Assembly: GCA_002269645.1 (NCBI GenBank)
Contig: NIVC01000581.1
Location: 186,001 to 250,000, forward strand
Reading direction: 5' to 3'
Length of the DNA stretch: 64,000 nt
Origin: Macrostomum lignano
Taxonomy: Eukaryota
How positions within the stretch are numbered: position 1 is the first letter of the stretch; each line of letters opens with the position of its first letter. Of this stretch, positions 12,256-24,141 are shown piece by piece. Both the position numbers and the translations under genes were made by a program. The notes below the pieces were generated by a model. That model was given only the letters and a program-made list of their open reading frames with translations, was not told the origin of the DNA and did not search any database.

Positions 12256-13721
12256 GGCAGTGACTATTCATCCGGTATCGGGTGAACAATGTGGATATTA
12301 TTCGTCCGGTACCGGGTGAATAATGTCGTTTTTATTCGTCCGGTAGGGTTTAACAAAAGGAATGATGGTTGTTGACCGAAAATTTGTACATGCGCGATTG
12401 AAATTAATTTGCATCACTTCTTGTTATTCATGCTTAAATCTTCTGTTCCAGCTATTAAGCATGTCGTAACAATGATCCTTCGCGATACAGGACGCTACAT
12501 TTTTTGAATTGTATTACGAAGTTGCGAAGTTGCATTTGTAGTGAACGGGGATTTTGTAAATTCTGATCATTTGACTGATATAAAACATCAAACTTTGACA
12601 GACATGAACGGTATGTGACAGCACAGCAGAAGTTAGATTTGTTGAGGACCTAGCGAATGCATCAAGACGCATTTGATAAAGTAGTAAAGCTAGTATGCTG
12701 CGTGTGTCTCTATTGATATTAGTTTTTTGCCAAGCCATAAACATTCTATATTGATCGCCACTTATTAGATCAGAATATCAGAAGGCAATGAGCATGCAGG
12801 TCGAACTTTTTGAATACTAATTAAAACTAGCTACAAATATGTCCATCAACCAATTGCATGTTTTTTCATCTCATGAGTAGCTGCATGTACATTGGCTCAA
12901 GTTTCTTTGTGCTTGATGGTGAAGGTTCATCGATCCATTGAATTGTTGTCTTATGCGTGTGTATGCATAGATTGCATGGAAATTTTCAAACCCCAAATTT
13001 CACACAAAGTGCATGGTGGTTTGTGTGCAAGCGACAGTAGGCTGCAGCACAGCGCGCATTGAAAAGCACTGTGTATCTGAATTCTGAAGTGAACCTCTTG
13101 ATCTCCATTTTACGCTTTTATATGAACCATCGGCTTTCATACTATACATGTAAAGCCATCATAAATGAAACTTAAATACGATGGACGTAGCCTTTTATCT
13201 CCTGAGTGGTAAAAATATCAACCTACAATTAATCTTTGGTTACGGAAGCAAATTCACGTGCATGTACACTGTAGAGCGTCCCTATTTCATGTGTTTACAT
13301 TTTACTACTTAAATATGCACAGACATACATGTACCGTGCATTTAACGTAACTTCTGTACCCAAAAAAACAGAGAGAGAGGGAGAGAGAGAGACAGAGAGA
13401 GACAGAGAGAGATGGGGATATTCACCCCGGTACCGGACAGTATATTAATTTCTGTTTAGTTTACACAATTCAAAAAATGTAGCGTCCTGTATCGCGAAGG
13501 ATCATTGTTACGACATGCTTAATAGCTGGAACAGAAGATTTAAGCATGAATAACAAGAAGTGATGCAAATTAATTTCAATTGCGCATGTACAAATTTTCG
13601 GTCAACAACCATCATTCCTTTTGTTAAACGCTACCGGACGAATAAAAACGACATTATTCACCCGGTACCGGACGAATAATATCCACATTGTTCACCCGAT
13701 ACCGGATGAATAGTCACTGCC
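12256..13721. mobile_element. Non-autonomous long-TIR DNA transposon (MULE/Mutator-like), 1466 bp
   Basis: 257-bp TIRs at 12256-12512 and 13465-13721 with 2 mismatches seen; GGCAGTG...CACTGCC ends; 9-bp flanks AAAAATAAA (12247-12255) and AAAAAGAAA (13722-13730) match 8/9; no transposase ORF inside. Confidence 0.85.
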
Positions 13722-14147
13722 AAAAAGAAAAAATTGAAAAGTCAATTACATCTTGATCTATAAATATAATATGATTCAAAACGTCAATTATAAGTAATTA
13801 AGCTGCCTGAATGACTATATGATAAATTTGCTGGTGATTTTTCCGAGCTATTACTGTGATTGTGGGGCTACCACTATTTCTTAGCTTTATTTAGTATCAA
13901 GTAGTTCGCGTGTTGGAAATTTTGTTTAAAAATTCCACGGAATAGTCTCCTACTTGTCGTTTGTTCCATCGGATATTCCAGCCGATGCGCTCGAAGGACC
14001 AAGGATTTAGCCCAATGCTCGTTGGAGCATTCAGGGTTCTCCACCTCGCCAACTCTCCTCGTTTTTACCTTAACTCACGAACTCTCTTCGCTAATAACAT
14101 GGTATCGTTTTAACTTTACGGTAACATAATGTACAATCTCCGTGGTA

Positions 14148-14149
<2 letters not shown>

Positions 14150-14187
<38 letters not shown>
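14150..14187. repeat. (CT)n microsatellite (GA tracts also at ~13370-13412 and ~17504-17529)
   Basis: Direct reading. Confidence 0.95.
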
Positions 14188-14190
<3 letters not shown>

Positions 14191-16622
14191 GAAAACCCCC
14201 TGGCGACAACTCTGCAACGAAATGGAACCATCAGATCTGGCCTCAGTATAGCGCAACAGTCATCCACCATGTTGACCTTCACTGCAAACTGGATGCTTCA
14301 GCCGTCTCAAAATTTTTGGATTGATTTTGAATTCTTTTGTCTATGAACCCTGGCATCGATCTATTGACTTACTCGATCTTCGCGCTTGTCGCGCTTGCTG
14401 CACCGGCCATCACCTCGGTGGAGAATCTAGACCTCGCAAAAGGAGGGCACGGACTTTTGGAACCTAGATGACGATCGTCAACGGTCAGCCTCAACAATTT
14501 CTTACCGTCAAAAAACCAAGCGGATCGACTGGAGTCAATTTTTTGGCCAAAGAAGTCACCCCTTAGCTTATCGGCATTCTTCAGCATCAGGACGACCGGA
14601 ACCGCGACTTATTCCTTTGTTCGGCCCTGACTACACTAGTACGCTCAAATGGGCCAATCCCCTCAGGGAGCTCTAACCTCTACTCAAGTCCGTTGAAGCT
14701 TTCGACAGGAAAGCGTCTCAACTCGGTCCGGGCTCTCAATTCGTCGGCTGGCTTGCGGATTACGAATCGTGCTCGGCGTCGACCCTTCATCGCTTCAGTC
14801 TTGGTCGGGTGCCACCCGAAACTTAATTGAGCTAAAAGCATACATGTAGCTAAGTCTTCGACTTGTTTACATTCCAGATTCCCAGAATAGGTGTGGGAAT
14901 TCCAGATACCGAAAATTGCAGAGGGAATCCCAGATACTCAATCTCTCGATCTCTTTCATGGCAGTCTTCTAACCAATGTCTGTCAACTGTGTCTGCCAAT
15001 TTTCATCATCGAATTCCTCGCAACACCGCAAATCTGGCCGCCGGTTCTACTTGACCTTCCGCTGGACTCACAAAGGTGCCACTGGGGCTTCCTTGGTCCC
15101 ATCTGAACACGGTGCCATCAATTCTGCACCGCGATCTCTCTTACTGCAAGCCTTGCACCCAGTCGACCTCGATGAGAGCGACCACTCTGCCGAACATCGT
15201 GTGATCCCAGAGGACGTATACCACACGACAGCCAGCACGATCGCAGCAACAAACAATGAATCTACGGCAAGCACGAGCACGAAAGACCAAACTCTGACTC
15301 GCCAGTGGATGGCAGCGCGACGACCATCGAAGTCGCGGCAGCGAGCGCTTGCGCGACAACCAACGGAGACAGGCAGTGGGCGCCGGCGCGACAACCAATG
15401 GAGACGTGACAGCGGGCGCCGACACGACGATCAGCAACGACCCGTCAGCGGACGCTTGAGATGCATCATCAGACGGAGGCCAGCGGCAGCGGGGGGGGGC
15501 CTCGCCGACAACGGCCATGCGACGGGCAGCGCGGCAGACGACCTGTTTGTGACCCCGCCTCAAAAAAGCGGAAAATGCATTGACTTCTTTCTTAAACCGA
15601 TTGCCCAACCAAAATTTGGGAATACGACTTTTCTGGGCAGCAAAATACTATGATATATTAGACTCGAAGGATGCATGCGCATTACACCTACATGTAATGT
15701 ACGCGTACGCTGGCCTTACATTAACGGGCAGTACATATGCTGGTCTCGAATCGCCTCAAAGTGCCCGGCAGCAAATTCGACGTCTGATTCACTTTAACTG
15801 ACCGTAAAATAACCGAATCTTCGTACCAGTACGCAAGCTTGGACCGATCAATACCTCGATTCTAGGTCAGCCAATTAAAGGAAAGCAGTCAGTCATAAAC
15901 CGCTTATTAACTACGCCGAAGCACATGATTTATGCCTTTTTGATATGATTTATGAAGCAACTCGGCAGATTAGTTTTTAAAAATATTTTTCAGGATTTAA
16001 CTGGCAAACAGGAAAGCGAACTGATGGAATACGTCATGCAGACATTCATGCAGGTGCTTGAAACAAAAAAATAAAGGTACCTAACTGCAGAAATTGAATA
16101 TTGCTATTGGAATTGCTAGGCTTGCAGGTGCCCGATCCGATCCTGAATCGTCAAATAACAGAATAGGAAACATAGGAAAATGAGCCGTAAAATACAAATT
16201 TATATGATATACTGCACTACTAAATATTACAATTGCACGAATTATTGATGGATATTGCTATTGCTACAACAAGATTTCATGTTTACAGTAACTATTTGGC
16301 TGAGAATTTGCTCTTGAATTTGCTTTGGCCATGGAATTGGATATGGAAGATACTGCAAATGATTCATAGTTCTAAAACATGCAGCTAACTAACTAATAGC
16401 ATATTACTTACTGCAGTAATTAATGTTCTATGCATAGAGTTGCTTTTACTTGCCGCCGGATAAACAAGCAACAGACGGGTTCAAGCAGTTGGCAGCCGGG
16501 GCTTTGAGTGCCTTGCACTGGAGAAGCGGAGAGTTTTCCAAAGCCCCACGCATCTCTCGCATAGTCCATGCACTTTCCCTGAGCTCCCACCCAGCCCGGC
16601 AGTTTCTTCTCACTCAACCAGC

Positions 16623-16868
16623 CTACTGCCGCCTCTGCCGGCTCTTGCCGCTCAGCTTCATGTAGAGGGTGACGCCGGACCAGATGAAGATCAGGATGGC
16701 GTACAGGATGGGCAGCGATATGGCCAGGTGGATCCAGGGGTTGAACTCGTCGGTGTCATAGTAAATGTACTTCTGCGGGTTCGACTTGCCCTCTTGAAGA
16801 GTGACGCCCCGGACAGGGCTGTGGAGAGCGGCGAGCAGCAGCACGACAGTCAGCAGCGAAGTCATCAT
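16623..16868 (-). CDS. 81-aa predicted type-I membrane microprotein (signal peptide + one TM + basic cytosolic tail)
   Basis: MMTSLLTVVLLLAALHSPVRG (signal-like), VTLQEGKSNPQKYIYYDTDEFNP, WIHLAISLPILYAILIFIWSGVTLYM (TM), KLSGKSRQRRQ. GC3-rich codons like the other exons here; acceptor CCCGCAG| at 16895, 26 nt upstream of the ATG. Confidence 0.7.
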   Translation of the reverse strand: MMTSLLTVVLLLAALHSPVRGVTLQEGKSNPQKYIYYDTDEFNPWIHLAISLPILYAILIFIWSGVTLYMKLSGKSRQRRQ

Positions 16869-18106
16869 GACCGGCACAGACAGGCAGATACGACCTGCGG
16901 GCAGCAGGGTTTTGGAGTTGCCTCACCTGAACTGCAATTCTTTATAGTTTCACGCTGTGCATTATACGAGCTAAGAGCACAACTCATTCTGGCGAAGAAT
17001 GAGCGAACGAAGCCATTGGGCTTTAATATTTCTGGGGTCGCTTTCAAAAGACAGTAAAATTTATAAGCTCGAAACTTCAGTGCGTCGAAATGGTCGAATT
17101 CGCTCAAGTTGCGAGCTAGCGGCTAGGGAGTGTCTAGCAAGACTTTTAGACAAGATGAAGTTTCGAGCTCGTGAAGCTGACTGAATTTTTTTTAGTTTTC
17201 AACCATTTGAAATTTTGAGCTTGATTATTTCGTTTAAATGCCATTAATAAAAGTGACCCGATGATTACTGTACCATACTGGCCTAAAGATTTAGACTTCT
17301 GAGCCTGACCGACCTGGACCGCCTGACAATTAGAAAATTGGTCTGCAAACTGGCCGTTTCAAAGCCTGCGTCAAGCAAGTGGTCGGCACTGGCCCGGCAC
17401 CCAGTGACCCAGTTTGAAAGGCTGGCTCCTTCCCACTGTCTTATCTACCGAGTAACAGCTTATCTTTGTCGTTGCATGCATTGCATACCTAAATCCATAC
17501 ACTAGAGAGAGAGAGAGAGAGAGAGAGAGCCCAGGCAAGACACTTTGAGTCAAAATTCGGTTACACAAATATCAAAACTGAGCGAGATAGTAGCATTCAA
17601 TGATTCACACACTCACTGGCTTATACAGACTCGAAATAAGCACTGAGTTCAAACTTACTTGGAGTTGAAGAGCTTCGTTGGTAAGTCAGTTAGCAGAAGG
17701 GCTTGTAGCGAATGCTGAAAACTCAGTTTAGCTCTGGCTGGCCTCGCTTTCCTGCCCTGATCTGAAACTCCTGTCCGTCCGCTGCTATATTGGAAACCGG
17801 TTCTCACCAACTCTCCTACTTCTTACCGCTTGTGCAAAGCGTGCAGCCACCCCCATCCGGTCCCCCTTCGCACCACCGCCGTCGCGTTGCCCGTAGCGAA
17901 TGAGAGGAGCGGACAGGGGGGGGGGAGAATGAGCGTGTCCTCTACTGCCACAGTGTGCAAGGACCCTTGCAAGGCAGCCAGTCCCTTGTCACATTCAGCC
18001 AATACCAACATTGGGGTTGAGGGTTCTGTGTGAGTGTGAACACATGCACAGCCAAAGTGGAGCCATTGCGACAGATTTAGGGGTGGCGAATCGGGCTGTT
18101 GTTGGT

Positions 18107-18470
18107 GGGTCATAGAGAAAGCTTCTGTCTGACCTGAAGCTTGGGTAAATGAGTGGCTGTGTTGGGTCATAGAGAAAGCTTCTGTCTGAAGCTTGGGTAA
18201 ATGAGTGGCTGTGTTGGGTCATAGAGAAAGCTTCTGTCTGAAGCTTGGGTAAATGAGTGGCTGTGTTGGGTCATAGAGAAAGCTTCTGTCTGAAGCTTGG
18301 GTAAATGAGTGGCTGTGTTGGGTCATAGAGAAAGCTTCTGTCTGAAGCTTGGGTAAATGAGTGGCTGTGTTGGGTCATAGAGAAAGCTTCTGTCTGAAGC
18401 TTGGGTAAATGAGTGGCTGTGTTGGGCATAGAGAAAGCTTCTGTCTTACCTGAAACTTGGGTAAATGAGT
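18107..18470. repeat. 52-bp minisatellite x~7
   Basis: Unit GGGTCATAGAGAAAGCTTCTGTCTGAAGCTTGGGTAAATGAGTGGCTGTGTT; period checked at 18181/18233. Confidence 0.95.
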
Positions 18471-18618
18471 GTTGGTGAAGATAGCGCTGGAGCGACCTTG
18501 AGATAGCCAAAATTTCTGCACTTAGTTTAACAGCTTACTTTTCTAACTAATATCATGGACTACTAAAGTATTATTATTACGTAATCTTCTAGTGGTCCTT
18601 GATTGTGATAACTACGGA

Positions 18619-18830
18619 TGATGAGGGCAGAGCAGCTCACACGTCTGACTCTCGCGCCACGACCCCCCAGGTTCGATTCCCTTCGCGGCCATTCATTTGG
18701 GGCTCGTGCACGAAAATTAGCCGGAATTGGGTTGTTGCGCAATTCACTGGGTTGTTGCGCAATTCACTGGGTTGTTGCGCAATTCACACCCACGAGGGCT
18801 GCCAACCCCTGAGGCACAGAAAGTGTACAT
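18619..18830 (+). mobile_element. Possible tRNA(Arg)-derived SINE head and body
   Basis: CGTCTGACT...GGTTCGATTCCCTTCGCGGCCA (to 18691) resembles the 3' half of tRNA-Arg with a B box; the 5' half is degenerate; followed by 3 x 20-bp repeat (18727-18787). Confidence 0.35.
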
Positions 18831-18846
18831 GCCTGACGATTGGAAA

Positions 18847-19184
18847 GGGCCTGTCAACTAAAGCTCATAAAGTGGATCCTGAGTAACTTATACGTCATTT
18901 TGCTTACAGTGCCACCAGAAATGTGGATTTGTCAAAAAAGTGACAACAATAGACTTGTATTAGTAAATTATTTAGGGACTACATGTACGAGCGTACTATG
19001 TCAACTTAAGCTCATAAAGTAGAGTCCCCAATTATCCCTCTGCTTGTTCTCCCCAATCCCAAGTCCAATTTTCGTCGCTTTCTTGTCAAATCCAGCTTCC
19101 TGGTATCACTGTGAGCAGAATGACATAACATTTTTGTACATAAGTTACTCGGGCTCCACTTTATGAGCTTCAGTTGACAGGCCC
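18847..19184. mobile_element. MITE with 44-bp TIRs (GGGCCTGTCAAC...), PIF/Harbinger-Tourist-like
   Basis: TIRs at 18847-18890 and 19141-19184 with 3 mismatches; extra partial TIR copy at ~19000-19030; no clean 3-bp TSD (AAA/TTT). Confidence 0.65.
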
Positions 19185-20387
19185 TTTACACCTTGTCTGA
19201 GTGTGTGTATGAGCTGCATACAGTATTGGCGCGACTGTATATGTGCTCTAGCATTTAATATTATTAATATTAACTACGAATAATCTACGTGTACAGTGTA
19301 AAAAGCCACCATTGAGTGCTTTAACAGCACACACCGTATCTAAATCAGAGATATCGATATCATTTCTATATAATACAGCATATGCCTATAGTTTCTTCTG
19401 TGTAGCTGATACTCTGCGATTGATTAAGTTAAATACAAGTAGAGGGGTACAGTAGTTCTAAGCTAATGACATACATAGCATTTGCGCTGGGATGTCAAAA
19501 CTCGCAGGAGAAATTTCAAAGCTCATGGTGAGATCGCTGAAATTGTGTGGCTGAGGGGGAATCGCTGAGTTGTCAAGGTTTATGTGAGAAAATTCTGAGA
19601 TGTCAAGGCTCATATGGGGAATCGCTGAAATTCTGTGGCTCATAGGAATTGCTCAGATGCTTTGAGCCGAACATCATAGGGGATGCTGATATCTTAGGCT
19701 GCATAGCTGGCTTTCAGGGCGGATGCTATTCTGCTTTAAAACGTCATTTTCCTTATGAGATCATCAGTTGACTTACAAAGCCAAAACCTATACATGTAGT
19801 TTATTCAAAAAATTGTAGCCTCAACAACGGGGAGCGGCACAGATTGCTAATCTAGCTCTAAAAGTGCTTACGCTCGCACCTACGAGTGCATAGTTTCTAT
19901 TTTTACTCATTTCGTTTTAGTTTGCCTGAGCTTTACTACTTGAAGTAGGAGTGTATTAATCTCACGGGTCGCAGAACGATCCATTCAAGCTAACGACATA
20001 AACAGCATTGACGCCCAAAACGCAAAATCATCACTCGATCGTCCAAGACTGACAGTTAATAACAAGCACGACAATAGTACGAGTGCACAATAATCCCATG
20101 GAGGCATGCCGGCAATCGTCGTGCAGGTGAGTTTGAGCGGGAAAGCTGCGACCCGGCATGCGTCAGTTTCAAGTTCCCAGCTCAGCGGCAGCAGTGGAAT
20201 CGATACAACTTGACTGCATGGGCGCGGTCTGCGAAAGAAAAAAGGCAGAAATTACTAATGAGATCTTCATGTGGACTGCAGCTGACTGGCAGTGACTGGG
20301 AGTGCAAACTGAAGCTCTGCGGCTCTATATTGGTTTGCGTATACGAGACTCGTATGAACTATGAATACCTGAACTGCTATCACAGCT

Positions 20388-22455
20388 ACAGTGTGCTGTG
20401 CATGCTGAGAGTGCATCCAGTGTGCTGTGCATGCCGAGAGTGCATCCAGTGTGCTGTGCATGCCGAGAGTGCATCCAGTGTGCTGTGCATGCCGAGAGTG
20501 CATCCAGTGTGCTGTGCATGCCGAGAGTGCATCCAGTGTGCTGTGCATGCCGAGAGTGCATGCCGAGAGTGCATCCAGTGTGCTGTGCATGCCGAGAGTG
20601 CATCCAGTGTGCTGTGCATGCCGAGAGTGCATGCCGAGAGTGCATCCAGTGTGCTGTGCATGCCGAGAGTGCATCCAGTGTGCTGTGCATGCCGAGAGTG
20701 CATGCCGAGAGTGCATCCAGTGTGCTGTGCATGCCGAGAGTGCATGCCGAGAGTGCATCCAGTGTGCTGTGCATGCCGAGAGTGCATGCCGAGAGTGCAT
20801 CCAGTGTGCTGTGCATGCCGAGAGTGCATGCCGAGAGTGCATCCAGTGTGCTGTGCATGCCGAGAGTGCATCCATGCAGTGTGCTGTGCATGCCGAGAGT
20901 GCATCCAGTGTGCTGTGCATGCCGAGAGTGCATGCCGAGAGTGCATCCAGTGTGCTGTGCATGCCGAGAGTGCATCCAGTGTGCTGTGCATGCCGAGAGT
21001 GCATGCCGAGAGTGCATCCAGTGTGCTGTGCATGCCGAGAGTGCATCCAGTGTGCTGTGCATGCCGAGAGTGCATGCCGAGAGTGCATCCAGTGTGCTGT
21101 GCATGCCGAGAGTGCATCCATGCAGTGTGCTGTGCATGCCGAGAGTGCATCCAGTGTGCTGTGCATGCCGAGAGTGCATCCATGCAGTGTGCTGTGCATG
21201 CCGAGAGTGCATCCAGTGTGCTGTGCATGCCGAGAGTGCATCCATGCAGTGTGCTGTGCATGCCGAGAGTGCATCCAGTGTGCTGTGCATGCCGAGAGTG
21301 CATCCATGCAGTGTGCTGTGCATGCCGAGAGTGCATCCAGTGTGCTGTGCATGCCGAGAGTGCATCCATGCAGTGTGCTGTGCATGCCGAGAGTGCATCC
21401 AGTGTGCTGTGCATGCCGAGAGTGCGTCTAGTGTGCTATGCATGCAGAGAGTGCATCCATGCAGTGTGCTGTGCATGCCGAGAGTGCATCCAGTGTGCTG
21501 TGCATGCCGAGAGTGCATCCATGCAGTGTGCTGTGCATGCCGAGAGTGCATCCATGCAGTGTGCTGTGCATGCCGAGAGTGCATCCAGTGTGCTGTGCAT
21601 GCCGAGAGTGCATGCCGAGAGTGCATCCAGTGTGCTGTGCATGCCGAGAGTGCATCCAGTGTGCTGTGCATGCCGAGAGTGCATGCCGAGAGTGCATCCA
21701 GTGTGCTGTGCATGCCGAGAGTGCATCCAGTGTGCTGTGCATGCCGAGAGTGCATGCCGAGAGTGCATCCAGTGTGCTGTGCATGCCGAGAGTGCATCCA
21801 GTGTGCTGTGCATGCCGAGAGTGCATCCAGTGTGCTGTGCATGCCGAGAGTGCATGCCGAGAGTGCATCCAGTGTGCTGTGCATGCCGAGAGTGCATCCA
21901 GTGTGCTGTGCATGCCGAGAGTGCATGCCGAGAGTGCATCCAGTGTGCTGTGCATGCCGAGAGTGCATCCATGCAGTGTGCTGTGCATGCCGAGAGTGCA
22001 TCCAGTGTGCTGTGCATGCCGAGAGTGCATCCATGCAGTGTGCTGTGCATGCCGAGAGTGCATCCAGTGTGCTGTGCATGCCGAGAGTGCATCCATGCAG
22101 TGTGCTGTGCATGCCGAGAGTGCATCCAGTGTGCTGTGCATGCCGAGAGTGCGTCTAGTGTGCTATGCATGCAGAGAGTGCATCCATGCAGTGTGCTGTG
22201 CATGCCGAGAGTGCATCCAGTGTGCTGTGCATGCCGAGAGTGCATCCATGCAGTGTGCTGTGCATGCCGAGAGTGCGTCTAGTGTGCTATGCATGCAGAG
22301 AGTGCATCCATGCAGTGTGCTGTGCATGCCGAGAGTGCATCCAGTGTGCTGTGCATGCCGAGAGTGCGTCTAGTGTGCTGTGCATGCAGAGAGTGCATTC
22401 AGTGTGCTGTGCATGCCGAGAGTGCGTCTAGTGTGCTGTGCATGCAGAGAGTGCA
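20388..22455. repeat. ~2.07-kb variant-repeat minisatellite (29-bp core GTGTGCTGTGCATGCCGAGAGTGCATCCA with +13 and +4 nt variants)
   Basis: Direct reading; explains all ORFs between 20210 and 22477 in the track. Confidence 0.97.
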
Positions 22456-23325
22456 CAATTGCTTCCAGCCCAATTGAAAATATCCAGAATACTACCGACT
22501 GTCTAACAAGGCAAAGTCAGGGACTGTGCGTATTGGGATGGACCTTCCGACTTTGCATGCATGCAAACACAGAAACTCTTTTCAAAACTCGCGAACGTTG
22601 AAAGCATCAGAGAAGCATCTCAACACTAGGAATTTTGAAAGCTGTTGAAAGAAAGATGAAAGATGTTGAAAGCATCTCAACACCAGGAAATTTTCACATG
22701 TATACCTGCTCTTGGTTATGGCTGTTTGAATTGATTACTACTGCATTGCCACATGTATCTTGGCTATACGAGCGTACTACTGTTATTGCCAGCTGTTGAT
22801 TTTTCTCACCACTTTCCCTCTTTGTTCCCACCTCTCTTGAGGAAAGCAGAGTTGATGCGGATGTAGGTAGCTTGCTAGTCACAATCTCCCAATTCAGCCC
22901 GGGGCCAGCAAGGGATCAAAGCTTAGTTGTTTGGCCCAGCCTGAAGCTGTGAGTCCATACATGTATGTGCGGGCTCATTGATCGCACGAGAATCAATGCT
23001 GAGATCTGAGTACGCATCGGCCTGAAGCACCGGACTGTAGAAGTTTTGCATCGGACCGAAGGACTGAGTTTGAGTTGGGTGACTACAGGCTTGACTACTT
23101 CGGCTTTCTGTCTTGGTGTGGTTTAATGAGGCTTTGATCTACAATTATTCCTGTAAAAATCCTGCAGTAATCGGTCGGTGCTCAAGCCTCAGCTTATCTG
23201 GGATGCTATCAGGTGAGCTGACAGATCGGCTGCGGTTTGCGCTAGGCTTGCCTTGAGCAAACCGGCTTTAGTGCCCAAGCGCGCTGCGTCTGTGGTGCGC
23301 CCCCCCCGCCGCGTGTGTACGTTCT

Positions 23326-24141
23326 GTGTTGTTTAGGTGGGCGCCCACCCCTCCGTCGGCGGGGGGGTATTTTACTCCAGCCGCGCTGCTGAGTCGGCAG
23401 TGTTTTCGCGCAGTTCTTTTTTTCGAAGGAAAAACTTTTCTGCGTGATCTGATCGAAGTGTGCAACGCTATGCGGCCTGACGAGAGAATTAAAGTCAGCT
23501 TACAGCTCTGTGACCAATTCAGCTGGTGGATTGTAGCGCTGGAGTCGGCCAGGTGGGTGGAGCTCTGGCCTGTTTTCAAGAACCATGTGGCAATCGAGTC
23601 CGATGCATGTGGAAGAGGCGGGCCAGCGGTGCTTCGAAGATCAGATGGCAGTTGGGACTGGTGCTACATCAATTGGAGCCAGGATGGGGCCGGAGTGTTC
23701 GCTGATCTGCCAATCAACTACAAAGAGGCGGTGGCTCCTTTGCTGTCAATCCTGCGCTGGAGGGAAGAGCTGAAAGGCTGTAACGTTAGCGTTTATTGTG
23801 ACAACATGGCGGCCTGTCATATTATCAATAATGGCACTTCGAGGTGTCCTGTCGTGCAGAGGCTACTGCAAACGATTGCGTTGATGTCTTTACGGCATGG
23901 TCTGAGTGTGCGAGCCTTTCATGTGCCGAGAGAGTTTCAAATTCTCGCCGATGCAGCGTCTCGGTTGCACGAGCGCAGTCAGTTGATTAATTTTTTATTT
24001 CGCTGCTATGGCAACTTGTGCCCGTTTGCTTTGAAATCAATGCATCGACATGCTTTCTGCCCTGCCTCTGCCCACTTTCTTCATTTTCAGGCCGTCCAGC
24101 TGCGCCAGACTCTCTCAGCCGCCGGGCCGCGTCGCTGCTAG
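23326..24141 (+). mobile_element. DIRS/Ngaro-type retroelement: RT C-terminal tether + RNase H (RT catalytic core deleted)
   Basis: GKTFLRDLIE..RIKVS..FSWW tether; ESDACG, INYKEAVA, VYCDNMAA, HVPREFQILADAASR match the DIRS1-type RNase H pattern; no YxDD upstream. Confidence 0.85.

Noticed and set aside
14976-15653. 225-aa ORF
   Set aside because: Low-complexity, no recognisable domain or splice context; overlapped by equally uninformative ORFs on the other strand.
20210-22477. Long Cys/His-rich ORFs (up to 690 aa) on both strands
   Set aside because: Translations of a stop-free minisatellite in all frames; no unique coding sequence.
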